The translations under genes were made by a program, and so were the position numbers. From the NCBI GenBank assembly GCA_964016885.1, contig OZ024742.1:189472001-189536000 (forward strand): 64,000 bases of DNA, given 5' to 3'. The stretch is from Eledone cirrhosa (Eukaryota). The notes below the pieces were generated by a model that was not told where the DNA came from, ran no database searches, and saw only the letters and a program-made list of their open reading frames with translations. Below, one piece after another: positions 14,240-26,923 of the stretch. The stretch's first letter is position 1. Every line of letters begins with the position of its first letter.

Positions 14240-14273
<34 letters not shown>

Positions 14274-15829
14274 ACACACACACATACACATATATATATA
14301 TAAATAGTAAAAAAGAAAAAACAGCAGAAAATGCTAATGGGATTTTCTCATAGAATAATATTTATATACATTTATTTATTTATACACACACATAGATGTG
14401 TATATATAAGAAATCTATCAATGTCATATTTGCGGGAAGACAATAAGAGTCAATTTGTTTGGGATAGCTAAATGAAGACTAAATGTTACATGAAATAAAT
14501 TTATTATTTCAAAGTGACAATTAATTAATTATTCAATTTTGATGGTAACATGATGAGAAAGCAAAGACAACATACAAACCTTATACAAAAATAAACAAGA
14601 CAGACATGAGAAAAAGTACTTAATATTAAAGTAGAGTTTAAATATTCATTTATTATGGCTAAACACTGACATTTGTTACTTCGGAGTTTCACCTGCGCAC
14701 TCACAGCCTAATAAGACAAGATCAAATATTTCAATAACAGGCTAACGAGTAAAGATCCCATCGGTCATGTTTGACCATGGGATTGGCACATAGAAATTTC
14801 TCTTCCAAGTTACGAGTCCATGCACGGTTGTTTGTGGAAGACCAGCAGTCCCTCATGCATATCGGTCTCCCCACTCCACACCGCCGATTGTCCAGAGGTG
14901 ATATAAATAAGGAAATACTCAAGGGTGGATGTTTCTGAATGGGTGTGTCAGGTGGGCGAGAAGAGAGTTATGAAAAGAGAAATAAAAAAAGAAAATATTT
15001 AACAAAATATTTAAAATATTTATAAGAAAATATTTACAGTAAATATTTTCTTATAAATAATTTATTAAATATTTAAGAAATTATTTATAACGAAACATCT
15101 ACTATAAATACTTTCTTATACATACCTTCTTCATTATTTAACAAAATATTCGTGAGAAAATATTTACCAGAAAGGTTTTCTTATAAATATTTTGTTAAAT
15201 CTTTGAGAAAATATTTATAAATAAATTTACAGTAAATATTTTCTTATAAATGATTTCTTAAGTATTTTCTCAATAAATACTTTTCAGTAAATATGTTATC
15301 CACCCCACTAATTGATATATATACCCACCTACCTACCCATGTTATTTTATATTTATTACATTTATCCTATTCTTCATCGTGCCTGGACACTGCATCCTTT
15401 AAAACCTCCATGCATCCTGAAATTCGCCAATACTACACCTGATATTACCCCTTCATACACATGCACACATGTATATCATGACTCATACACTGTTCACTTT
15501 CCTGACATTTGTACTTTATTCTATGTACTATATATCCACCTTTTATGAGTTGTAGTGCACCTGAGCACTGTACACAATAATTTCATTATTATTATTATTA
15601 TTATTATGATAATTTCTTAAAACTTCACCCCTTTTACAAATTCATATAATCAACATTATTACCATCACCACACATACCATGCCCATACTTTCTATATTTC
15701 CATTAGAATTCCCTCCTTCTTTACCTTTCTCTTTTTAACACTCCATTTTCTCCCTCATGACACACATTCAGAAACATCCATCCGTGAATATTCCCCTATT
15801 TATATTGCCTCTATTATTGAAAATTTAGA

Positions 15830-15878
15830 CTTGTCTGATGATCCTGCAAGTGTACAAGTGAAATTTAAGATTAACAAG
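15830..15878 (+). ncRNA. Degenerate type I hammerhead ribozyme motif
   Basis: Stem I CTTGT/ACAAG, core CTGATGA, imperfect stem II T-CCTGCA.AGTG.TACAAG-T, GAAA, weak stem III. Confidence 0.55.
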
Positions 15879-15919
15879 GTTCCCTGTTTAGCCATAATAA
15901 ATGAATATATATTATTCAA

Positions 15920-16270
15920 AATGCACCCAGCTCACACTGTAAAGTAGTCATGTAGGTGACATGACAAAAAAGTGCCCAGCCCACACTGTAAAGTGTTCAT
16001 GTAGAAGTCATGACAAAAAGCATCCATTTCACATTGTAAAATGTCATGTAGGTGACATGACAAAAAAGCACATAGTCCAAAAAAAAACTTGGTTATGTAG
16101 GTGACATGACAAAAAGCACCCAGGACACACTGTAAACTGGTATCGTAGGTGACATGGCAAAAAGCACCCAGCCCACACTATAAACTGTCATGTAGGTGAC
16201 ATGACAAAAAGCACCCAGTTCACACTGTAAAGTTGTTATGTAGGTGTCACAAGAAAAAGAATCCACCACA
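15920..16270 (+). repeat. About 48-50-bp tandem expansion inside family D element
   Basis: Repeated CATGACAAAAAGCACCCAG..CACACTGTAAA..GTCATGTAGGTGA. Confidence 0.85.
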
Positions 16271-16428
16271 CACTATAAATGTAGTTGGTGTTAGGAAGGC
16301 CATCCAGTCATAGAGAACAAGCCAAAATCAGTTCTGTATGGGCAAAACATGGTCATCTGACCTGGCTTGTCTCACAACAGGACAACTCATCTAACCTACG
16401 CTAGCATGGAAAAATGGACGTTAAATAG

Positions 16429-16473
<45 letters not shown>

Positions 16474-17199
16474 GGATGATGATGTTGATAGTGTAACTGT
16501 GCATGTACATGGTATACAGATTTGAATTGGTAGGAAACAAGGGAGTTAGGAATAGATGACTTTTATGAAGGATTTTTGAAATACTGTAATATAATAAATA
16601 ATTGTTTCTAGTTTTGGCACAAGGCCAGCAATTACACAGTGTATTACTGGTACTTTATTTTATCAACCCCATAAGGATGAAAGGCAAAGCTAATGATGAA
16701 ATATGAATTGATGATGGATGGTAATATAAAGTTGTTGGAAACTGCCTTCTGCCATTGAAAGTAGGGATTTCAGTTGAAATTCTAGCAAATTTATTGGTAT
16801 CATATTTTCTAGGGTAGTGGGCCCCACTACTTCAGACCCCTACATAGATTTTAATTTATTTCAGTGTTTGCATTTTATTTGTTTCAAACATTTCTATCAA
16901 GGAGGTGTTATAGGGGGATGAAGCTGGGAATCAATAGTAAGGTATGTGGCCTATAATAGTGTCATGCTGTAGGTGGGGACTGTATGATTGACACTGTCAA
17001 TCCACTACTGCTGTGACCTTTCTTATGACTCTGAAACCTGCACACATGGTTTTATAAGCATACAGATCTGACTGGTCTATGGGCATTTTTATCACCTGAC
17101 CAGACCAATTTATATGTTGTCAAGCTATGAAATAGTTGATAGGTATGGCACCAACCAACCAAACAATTACCTGATGTCTTTTATCAGGTTACATAATCA

Positions 17200-17865
17200 T
17201 TTTATATGTTGTTATATTATAAACTAGGTGATGTGTATCATCTACTAACTACTTGTTGTTTTTTTTCTGGCCTCATCCCTTCTGGTTTTTGCTAGCTGCT
17301 CACCTGAGACATTCCATCTTGTAGGCTGTAAGTTTTCACCGAGGGCTTGGTTCAGAGTTCAGGTATGGCACATATAAGTGGGGTTGGAGAGGAAGACTAA
17401 GTTGATCTCTCTAGCTTTGATATTCATATGTATATTTGAGTACTTCTGGAGAGGTATTAGTTAATACTTGACTAAGTTTGCCTTCTGAAATCTAGTCTGT
17501 TTCTCTATCCAGCATCTCACCCTCTACAAAGATGCTCCACAAGTATGTGAATATTGCCGTTTATTTAAGCAGCAGTTCATTGATTTATTATAATATCCAC
17601 TTTTTAAAGAAGTATTCCCTACTGAGATGATCTGTGTCATCCCTGAGCTGATCCTTATACCACAGGGCTCACAGTTGCCATTCAAGTTGTCTTTGTTTTT
17701 GTAGCTGTTCTATATTTTTATTTAGGATGCTTTGGTCATCAGCAAATAATCTGTTTATTTATGGCACCTGGGTCTAATTTGGTGATTTCATCTATGTACA
17801 TGATATACAGTAATGTTAACAGCACACAATCTTGTCACAACCAAGATTTCACCATCATTGCAAGT
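17200..17865 (-). mobile_element. Highly decayed RTE-clade reverse transcriptase fragment
   Basis: Minus strand gives L*QDCVLLTLLYIMYIDEI, then LFADD, then FTYLWSIF, then KMECLR*AASKTRRDE across frameshifts. Confidence 0.65.
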
Positions 17866-18582
17866 TATTAAAACATAAACAAAGAGAACTGGTTGTTAAA
17901 TGGTATAACCATAAACAGTCACAGATTCATACACACACTCACATAAGTATATACATACATACAAAACTCCGTTATACATATTTCACTGAGGACTATCAGT
18001 TATGATAGCTTGAGCTCTTCAGACAGCAAAACCTATAAATTCAATAAAAGGTCGTTGAGTGCTTCTTTTTATCTGCTTCACAACCGACAGACCATAATAT
18101 GGTCCGCACATCCCTGTTGGGTTAACCACCATACTCTAATATATATATATATAGAGAGAGAGAGAGAGGAGAGAGAGGGGGAGAGAGAGAGATGATCTAC
18201 AGAACAGTTTCTGTTTACTAAATTTCATTCAGAGGTCATTAGTCAATTTGAAGCTATAGTAAAACGGGATATGTGAAACCATAAATTCCAATGCAAACTC
18301 CCAAATAACACAGCTACACATGTGTCTATATGGTAGCAGTAAATAAGATATTGTGAACTATTTGTAAATACAAAGTACATTATTTATTTATTCAAATGTG
18401 GGTTTTCTTTTGGTGACATTTTCAAAATAGTCAACAACATATTAATTTAAGTGTTCATTTATTTAGACATTCCTGGAGTATATAAAAACAATATTTTTAT
18501 CAATCGTAATCTAATTAAGGAGAAATATTTAATTGATATTTCCAATAAAAACAACGATTAAGCATCTTGTTAAAAATGAAAG

Positions 18583-18963
18583 GTGACTGTCGAAGGTAGG
18601 CTCCCAAGGTGTCATGGATGCGGTGACAAGACGCACCTTAAGGCATTCTGCCCCAAAATTACCAAAACAGGGACGCGCCCACCCCTTCTCCCCACGCCGT
18701 GCCCTGCAACTGGAGCAGACAAAGAAACAAAGACCACAGTGGCAGAAGCGAAATCACCATCCCCAACAACAAAAACACCATCTCTTCCACCAGCCACAAA
18801 ACCAATGGAAAGCATACCCCTTCTTGATATAGCCAAATCGGATGTGTGCGATGAGGCCAAAGAGTGGAGAACTATTCCAACAAAAAAAAGGAAGAACTCG
18901 CTACCCTCATCCCCCCCCCCCAAAAAAAAAGAGGAAGAAAGACTCTTAAAGAAAAGAAAATGA
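18583..18963 (+). pseudogene. LINE ORF1 C-terminal fragment with CCHC zinc knuckle
   Basis: CHGCGDKTHLKAFC fits CX2CX4HX4C, followed by a Pro/Thr/Lys-rich tail with EWRTIPTKKRK. Confidence 0.8.
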
Positions 18964-19321
18964 AAACTACCCCCACCTCCTCCACAACCATCAACAGCCA
19001 CACCCACACAACCACCTACACCACACCAACATCACACCAACATCACAGAAACAAACTACGTACAAACCACCAAAATTGCACCCCCACACACATAAAAATA
19101 ATAGAAATTACACAAACAAATTACATAACATTAAAAATGTTCCCGACATCAATTGGAGACTACCGAGGGAACATCACCAAAATAATATTCACGGATATTC
19201 TCGTGGAGAAACCGACCAATGGTCGGAGGGATGGATCACCCACCCCCTTCCTAAAGAAGAACCACAGATAATTTTTTTGTACCTCTCCCCTCTCACTTGT
19301 TTTCCTCGTATCCTAGCCAAC

Positions 19322-21985
19322 ATGGCCACTCTCAGAATAGGTAGCATAAATGTACGTGGCATGGGGTCGTCTTGGAAGCAAGGGCACCTGCTGAACGATC
19401 TCAGGTCGCTAAACATAGTAGTGGTGGCCAGAATCTCCGAGGCACGGGCCTTCGCACCGATCTTCGGCGGCTACGATGTGTAAGCATCTCCCAACCGTCC
19501 TGGATCGGGGGAGGAGTTGCTGTGCTTTTTCGGAGAGGTTTGGATTTCGCCATACGGGCCATCTTCCTGGACCCAGAAGGTAAGTTCGTGATGCTGGACG
19601 TGACCAACAGGGACGGGCAAGGTTTCAGGCTAGTGACCGCCTATGCCCCGACAGGAGCAGGGCGGCCTGATTTCTTCTGGCGTCTGGAGACCTTTCTTGG
19701 AACGTCCCGCTCTTTAGTGTTAGTGGGCGACTGGAACGTGATCTTAGATGCACGCTGGGATTGTGTGGGATTAGCGGATAGGGGAGGAGGGTGCAAGAGC
19801 CTCACCAACCTGCTCAGGCGTTTTGAACTGTCTGACAAGTACCGATTGGATTTCCCGAATGTGCCAATGTGGACTTGGACAAACCGCATAGGGTCATCCA
19901 GATCATATCTAGATAGAGTATTTTGTAGGGAAATAGATAGGTCTAGCATAGGCTGTCCCCAATTCAAGATAGTCAGCTACACGGACCACAAATTCCTGAT
20001 CTGTGTGGTTGACTTAGATAGGCTTCATAGACAAGGACCCGGCTACTGGAAGCTAAACGCGTCATTACCAGCGCGCAAGGCCTACAGAGACCGGATTAGC
20101 GAACTAGTTAAGCGGGTGTTGACGGGGGCCATCGTTAACAACAAATGGTGGTTTGCTCTGAAAAGAGCGATTAGAATAGAGTCCATTAGGTTTAGTAAGG
20201 CTTTAGCAATAGAGAAAAATAGAGCAGAGGGAGAACTAGTTAGAAAATTAGACGATGCGCTTAGCAAAGGCATCGCGACCGACGTACTAGCGGCGAAATT
20301 GTCCCTTGACCGATTCTTCAATGCAAAGCACGAAGGCTGCGTTGTCAGAGCTAGGGTGCGTGCTCTCAGACACGAGGGGACGAAAGCCGTTCAATGGGCC
20401 CGCGTGTCGGAGGCGCGTCGTGGCAACAAAGCCACGATCCGGTCTTTAGTGGACTACAAAGGGCGCATGCTACTCGATCCCGGGCAAATGTTTGAAGCTT
20501 TTCAGCGACACTTCGCTCAGTTGTTCGGGGGCAGCGGCGGGCCGGATCGAGGGATGGACTTTAGTGTCTACGTCGACAGACTGCTGCGGCTCTCGGCCAC
20601 TGAGGCGGAGTGTTGCGAAAAGCCGATAACAGCAGCTGAAGTACGGGAGGCAATGACTGGCTGCACAAGGGATAAATCGCTTGGTTTGGATGGTCTGCCC
20701 TATGAACTTTACGTACAGATGCCAGACTTGTTCGGGGGCCTCTTGGCGGACGTCTACTGCAACTGGCAATAGAACGGGAGAATTCCCAGCTCTGTGAGCC
20801 GAGGAGCGGTGGCGCTGCTGAAAAAGGATCCTAACAAGGGGGATAACAGATAATTTCAGGCCCATAACTCTGCTAAACACAGAGTTCAAGATTTTGGCCA
20901 AGGTACTAGCAAAAAGGTTGGCGCTTGTCGTTGGTGGTGTGGTAGGAGAGGCGCAGACATGCGCCATTCCCGACAGATCCATCCACGACAACCTCCACCC
21001 CATGCGATACATCGTGGAGCGGGTAGCTAGGGAACCTGAAACGGGTGGGTCCTTGATCAATTTAGATCAGTTGAAAGCTTTCGATAGGGTCGACCATCGT
21101 TATCTGGCGGCAGTCCTGAGGGTGGCTGGCTTTGGGCCCGTCCTCAGAGGCTGGATCGCTGCCATGCACAGCGACATCTGCTCTGTGGTGAGAGTGAACG
21201 GTCACCTTTCGGAACTGTTCAACATCATGCGCTCGGTCCGCCAAGGATGTCCCCTCTCGTCCCTCTTGTACGTATTGACTCTCGAGCCATTACTGCACAA
21301 ACTGGAGAGGTTGAGGGGGTCCCGCGCGAACTAGGATGCGGAAGATCCGTGTCAGCATATGCGGACGATGTCACCGTAGTGGTGTCGAACGGCAAGCACA
21401 TCGAGGCGATCGGCACTACACTACGAGAATACGAAGCGGTGACAGGAGCAATGATCAACCAGGAAAAGTCAGTGGGCCTGCAGCTGGGCACCTGGAGAGA
21501 AGGGTCCATGCCGTCCAACGGCGTCGTTGGGCGCTGGACGGACGGAACGGTTAAATTGCTAGGGGTCTGGTTCGGTCCGGACCTCCAGACGGACAAAACC
21601 TGGGACGAGGTGACGAGCAGTGTGGCTTCTCTCACCCAGAAATGGGCGGAGAGGAAGCTATCCCTGAAAGGTCGAGCGGAGGTGGCTAACGCATACATCG
21701 CGTCTGTCATCTACTACCGCCTGACCGTCGTACCTTGTCCTAAGCCCCGCCTGACTACGCTGGAGCGTTTGCTCTTTCGCTTTTTGTGGAAGGGACGCGC
21801 TCCGATGATCAGGCGGTCCATCTGCTGTCAACACCTACTACGTGGGGGGCTGAGCATGCCGTGGCTGATGATGCGCAGACACGCGCTCAGGCTACGACAT
21901 CTCCACCTCTTCCTCGACGGTGATCAATTGTGTGCGTCGCCGTTTGCTAGGCGCGTCTTTCCCCAGCTCGTCTCCTTGACGAAAT
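19322..21985 (+). pseudogene. LINE ORF2 (APE endonuclease plus reverse transcriptase) with frameshifts and a premature stop
   Basis: GSINVRG, VLVGDWNV, YLDRVF, YTDHK, GPGYWKLN, GLDGLPYELY, LDQLKAFDRVDH, SVRQGCPLS and YADD are spread over several frames. TAG at 20770-20772. Confidence 0.92.
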
Positions 21986-22214
21986 GCCCATTTGTACCGT
22001 CCTGTATTGTCCTGTACTGTCCTTAATGTCTTACTTGGTGTAAACCCTTGTGGTTAATAAAGAAATCATTATTATTATTATAAAGACCAGTAATGCACTG
22101 GGTAATTGCTGGCCTTGTGCCTAAAGTAGAAACAATTATTATAAAGAAATCATTATTTCATTCATTTGCACAGTGATGATATTATTAACACTGGATCATT
22201 TAATTGGCTCCCTA

Positions 22215-22492
22215 TCAAGTTATGTAACATCAGATAGTAATTTCTGTAGGATATTTGCTGTTCCTAAAAGTCTTGTTTCTTTTGCAATATCGTAATGCTT
22301 GGACAGATTCCAATTCTATCATGATTTTTGTGGAGGTTCTCTGTCACCGACCTATGTGCTCCAATCACAAGTGGTACCTACCACTCGTGCTTTCATATTC
22401 CACATTCTCTCAACGGCTGTTCTCAACTCTGTATATTTCTTTTACAATTTTCTCTTGTTCTTTGCCATTGATGTAATAGTCTCCTGGGCAAG
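22215..22492 (-). mobile_element. Decayed R4/Dong-like RLE LINE 3' fragment (copy 1)
   Basis: Minus strand across frameshifts: CPGDYYINGKEQEKI..YTELRTAVERMWNMKARVV.PLVIGA...LQK..LLGTANILQK. Confidence 0.7.
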
Positions 22493-22507
22493 TATTATTA
22501 TTATTAT

Positions 22508-22879
22508 TGGCGGTATCGGTAGAGGGTCGGACGCCATGCTGTGACGCATAGAGTTACGGCCCTTGCCATTCTGAGTTCAAATCCCGCCGAGGTTAACTTT
22601 GCCTTTCATCCTTATGGGGTCGATAAAATAAAGTACCAGTAATACACTGGTTAATTGCTGGCCTTGTGCCAAAAGTAGAAACAATTATTATTATTGGCGG
22701 TGAATTGGCAGTATCAGTAGAGGGTTGGATGCCATGCTTTCTAGCATAGTTACGTCCCGTTACAGTCTGAGTTCAAATCCCGCCGAGGTTAACTTTGCCT
22801 TTCATCATTACGGGGTCGATAAAATAAAGTACCAGTAATGTACTGGATAATTGCTGGCCTTGTGCCTAAAGTAGAAACA

Positions 22880-22885
<6 letters not shown>
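22508..22885 (+). mobile_element. Two tandem young SINE family A copies
   Basis: 22508-22690 and 22695-22885, each with a GAGTTCAAATCCC B-box, the core and an AACAATTATTA tail. Confidence 0.9.
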
Positions 22886-22912
<27 letters not shown>

Positions 22913-23660
22913 GTTCTTTGAGTCTCAGTCATTGATGTTAGTTAACTGGAAAGTTTGTTGAAATGAATATCAAGCCACTACCTGCAGCCTCAGATATTCA
23001 GGACGTATCGGAGGGTTCTTGCTGTTCCAAGCAAGCATGCCTTTTGAAGCGTTCCAAAAAGCGTGGCGGGGCCAATTTTCTTTAACCATCCCTGGAAACT
23101 TTTTGAAATAGTACCTAGTGCGCCTATGACAATCGGGACCACTTTGACTTCATGGCAGTTCCAAATCCTTTTTACCTCCCACTTTAAGTTCTGGTATCGG
23201 TTAATTTTCTCCCTCTCCTTCTCTTGCACTCTCGTGTCGAATGGGCAGGCTACATCCACAATCAGGCGCGATCTTTTTTCCTTGTCCAAAACCACCAAGT
23301 CAGGTCTATTGTGTTCCAGTTTCTTGTCCGTCTGTATCCTAAAATCCCATAGGACCTTCACCTGATCGTTTTCTATCACCGACTCTGGCCTATGCTCATA
23401 CCACTTCTCAGAATGTGGTAAATTGTTTACTTTGCATAGGTGCCAGTGGATCACCCTGCCCATCACATCATGTCTCCAGCCTTTATAGTGAGTCTGGGCT
23501 AGGTGCTTACACTCGGATACAATGTGAGCCACAGTCTCCTCTCTCTCTCCACAGATCCTGCACAGTGGGCTAGCCTCCTCCTTGTAAATATGGTGTTTCA
23601 ACCACTTCGTTTTGAGGGCCTGCTCTTGCGCAGCCATTAGCATTCTTTCTGTAGCCTTTA
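22913..23660 (-). mobile_element. R4/Dong-like RLE LINE 3' part (copy 2), open reading frame intact over the CCHC and RLE domains
   Basis: ORF 22990-23694: AAQEQAL, CRICGEREETVAHIVSEC, RHD, KVLWDFRIQTD, RPDLVV, IVDVACP, KEREKINRY, PIVIGALG, LQKACLLGTARTLR. Flanked on both sides by (TAA)n. Confidence 0.9.
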
Positions 23661-23699
23661 TTATTATTATTATTATTGTTATTGTTATTTCCATTATTA

Positions 23700-24232
23700 T
23701 TTTTATTGCACATCATTACTGCTTTACGGAGCACAGCTCTGTGCACCTTGGGTATGAGCAGTATAGTTTTTGCTGATGTTGTTTCTATTGTAATGAGGGT
23801 ATTCTTTGCAATATGTGTGCAGTGCCTAGTAGTGCTATTTTTGTATGCTGTATATATTTGTAAGTCCTGGGGTTTTGGCTATGTATTTGTCTGCGTGTTT
23901 TTTTATCATTCCCAGAGCACCTATTATTATAGGTATTGATTCTGTTTTCGTTTTCCACATTCGAGTTATTTCTATCTCTAGATCTTTATATTTGAAGAGT
24001 TTCTCTATTTCCTTGGAAGATATATTGTCATCTGTGGGGATTGATACATCTATTAGAAGGCTTTTTTTTTTATCTTTGTGGTCTTTGACTATAATATATA
24101 GTCAATTGGCTTTGATCTCTCTGTCTGTATGTATTGGCATATCCCAGAGAATGGTTGCTTCGTCATTCTCTGACACTTTATCTGGTGTGTGCTTGCACCG
24201 TCTTTTTTCTGTTGGTATTTCATATTATTTGG
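23700..24232 (-). mobile_element. R4/Dong-like RLE LINE 3' fragment (copy 3, different family)
   Basis: Minus strand: PDKVSENDEATILWDMPIHTDREIKAN*LYIIVKD..LLIDVSIP..EK..KYKDLEIEITRMW..PIIIGALG..IQKIALLGTAHIL. Confidence 0.85.
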
Positions 24233-24392
24233 ATTGGCAGTATCGGTAGAGGGTCGGACGTTATGCTTTGACTGAGTTCGAATCCCGCCGAGGTTAACTT
24301 TGCCTTTCATCCTTACGGGGTCGATAAAATAAGGTACCAGTAATATACTGGTTAATTGCTGGCCTTGTGCCAAAAAGTAGAAACAATTATTA
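24230..24392 (+). mobile_element. SINE family A copy
   Basis: TTGGCAGTATCGGTAGAG, GAGTTCGAATCCC, core and tail. Confidence 0.88.
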
Positions 24393-25098
24393 TCTTATAA
24401 CATATTTGAAATACAATAATTAATTAGCAATAGCACTGGCACAGTGTGATTCAAAATAAAATTGTATGTCAAAATAAAATTGTATATATTGTATGCGTAA
24501 TAAACATTTAATCTCACTGTGAATATTTTAAGCTATGATCATATCACAGCTACTTCCTTATCTCTGTAAGAGTACTGTATTCATTGTTTTTCAGAGATAT
24601 TATATATCATTAGCTCTTGCTTATATTTATATACTGAAATATGAAAGACATGAAAACCTAACAGATTTGATAAAGAAAATAATCTTGTTGAAAGTTTATT
24701 TATTTATGATGCAATATATATATTGGCTAGTATTAATTAGCAATAATAATTAGCTTCCAAATTAAGCTTCCAGTTTTTATTCTAATGATGGTAAATGGTA
24801 TCAAAATCTACAGAATTATATGCATTCCATTAAGTCTATATTTGAAAACAAACTGGGGAATACTGCCAGTTTATAACACATTGTGTTATGGACAAAATAA
24901 GTGATATTTGGTTTCTTTACCAAACCTTAACAAACTATGTTTATGAATGTATGTATGTAAGTATATATGTGTGCGTGTATGAGTGAGTGTGTGTATATAT
25001 GTATGTTTCTATGTCAGTTTGTGTGTCTGATTATGCTTAAAAAAAATGTCCCACAACTGTTATCATTATTTATGTATATATATATGTATGTATGTATG

Positions 25099-25131
<33 letters not shown>

Positions 25132-25211
25132 TTATATATATTCATATACCTAAATATACATATATATATATACATATATATGTATATATATATATATATA
25201 TACACACACAC

Positions 25212-25265
<54 letters not shown>

Positions 25266-25271
25266 TATATA

Positions 25272-25432
25272 TTTCAGAAGATCCCGTTAAGGGTGAAAGC
25301 AGCGATTCTTTGCTTAAACTTAATCTGTTATTCTAATAAATATTTGCTCTATGGTTCTTATATATTTGATATATATTTATCCTTATCGAGCCCTCTTTGG
25401 ATTTTAGTCTTCAAATTTATTATTATTACTAT
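25272..25432 (+). mobile_element. Penelope-like terminal fragment with variant hammerhead (CAGAAGA core) between TA tracts
   Basis: Closely matches 51243-51379(-) and 51420-51492(+). TTT-CAGAAGA-TCCCGTTAAGGGT-GAAA-GCAG..TTGC-TT-AAA. Confidence 0.65.
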
Positions 25433-25618
25433 ATATATATATCTAGGGCGGGTAAAATTCCTGAGATCCATGGACGAGTTCTCTCCAGCGGTCTCTGTCC
25501 CTCATTATCGCAGCGATATATATATATATACCAGGGAGACCACTATCATGGGAGTACTTTATACATGGGGTGATGCAGAGATGTGCAAAATTGCAACCGC
25601 AGCACCAGGGATTTCACA

Positions 25619-25677
<59 letters not shown>

Positions 25678-26449
25678 GAATTTTGGCATGAACGAATATA
25701 TTTCAAAATGATTACATCTGATTATAGAGTTCCATTGTGACAGAGGGACAGAAAATATAAATGCAGTGCAATTATTATAACATCGATAACATTTTTACCC
25801 TCATCATTGTTCCAACACAATTGTCGATTTAGAAATCATTATTTAATCATTCATTAGTTATTTTCCACCATTCCATATATATTTCATCTGTCTTATCCTC
25901 CTAACCCTTGCTCTCAACACCACAATAATCATCTTCCTCATTATTGCATTATCTCATCAAATACATATACTCATGATAACCACACTTTCATATACTTGTT
26001 ATTTAAGATTTTATTACTATTATAATCATATAAATCATATTTATTATCACGTTCATTATTATAAAATACTATCACCAATAAACATAAAACAATGATCATC
26101 ATTCATAAAATCATTCATTATTGCAAACTATTCATTGTGTCATTGTGTCACCCAGATAAAACAATTCATTTTTACTTACAAACTTTTCATAAATCAAAAA
26201 CATCATCATCAATATCATCATCATCAGAGCTATTTTTCTTTCTTATATTATTTTAAAGATTTTTTTTCTTTTAATTTGAGTTTCTAAGTGTGCAATTATG
26301 TTTTACTTTTTAATTTGAAATTTTACCTTATAAACTAGTCACTTGATTTATCAGCTCTGTGTAAAGAGATAATAATACATATTTAAATTCACTGAATTTT
26401 CGAAAGGAGCAATTTAACAGAATTCAAATATAAAATATAATTCTGTAAA

Positions 26450-26487
<38 letters not shown>

Positions 26488-26842
26488 TTTACAGAATTAT
26501 TTTTACTTTGCTGTTGCAATTTTATCAATTATGATGATGATGATATGTGTATTACTCTCTATCTTTCTCTCTCTTGCTCTATTTCATATATAGAAATAGA
26601 ATAGACTTGAGTGGAAGAGATGAGAGCCATATACCTAAATGTAGTTCTATTTAGAAAGTTGGCAGTAGTAGAATATAGAATATGATGTAAGCACTCATCA
26701 CTTGATAAAATCTTAATTCTAAATCACTCACTAATGTTTCAGAATTGAAAGCAACATCGTAATCTGTTGCTAGTCAAAGAGGAGGCTGCTTATATTTGTT
26801 CTCCCTGTAGAAATTTGCTTTCAATGCACTGATGAAACTGAT

Positions 26843-26850
26843 TTGTTTAA

Positions 26851-26921
<71 letters not shown>
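26843..26921. repeat. (TAA)n microsatellite
   Basis: Direct reading. Confidence 0.97.

Positions 26922-26923
<2 letters not shown>

Larger units (their letters stand above)
18583..22080 (+). mobile_element. Tx1/L1-superfamily LINE, 5'-truncated and disabled
   Basis: GC-rich block containing an ORF1 zinc knuckle, APE and RT motifs, and a 3' UTR with AATAAA and (TTA)n tail. Confidence 0.93.

Noticed and set aside
22508-22600. tRNA gene from A/B boxes
   Set aside because: No cloverleaf. It is a SINE head continuing into the SINE core.
23845-24249. 134-aa hydrophobic plus-strand ORF
   Set aside because: Antisense of the RLE LINE fragment.
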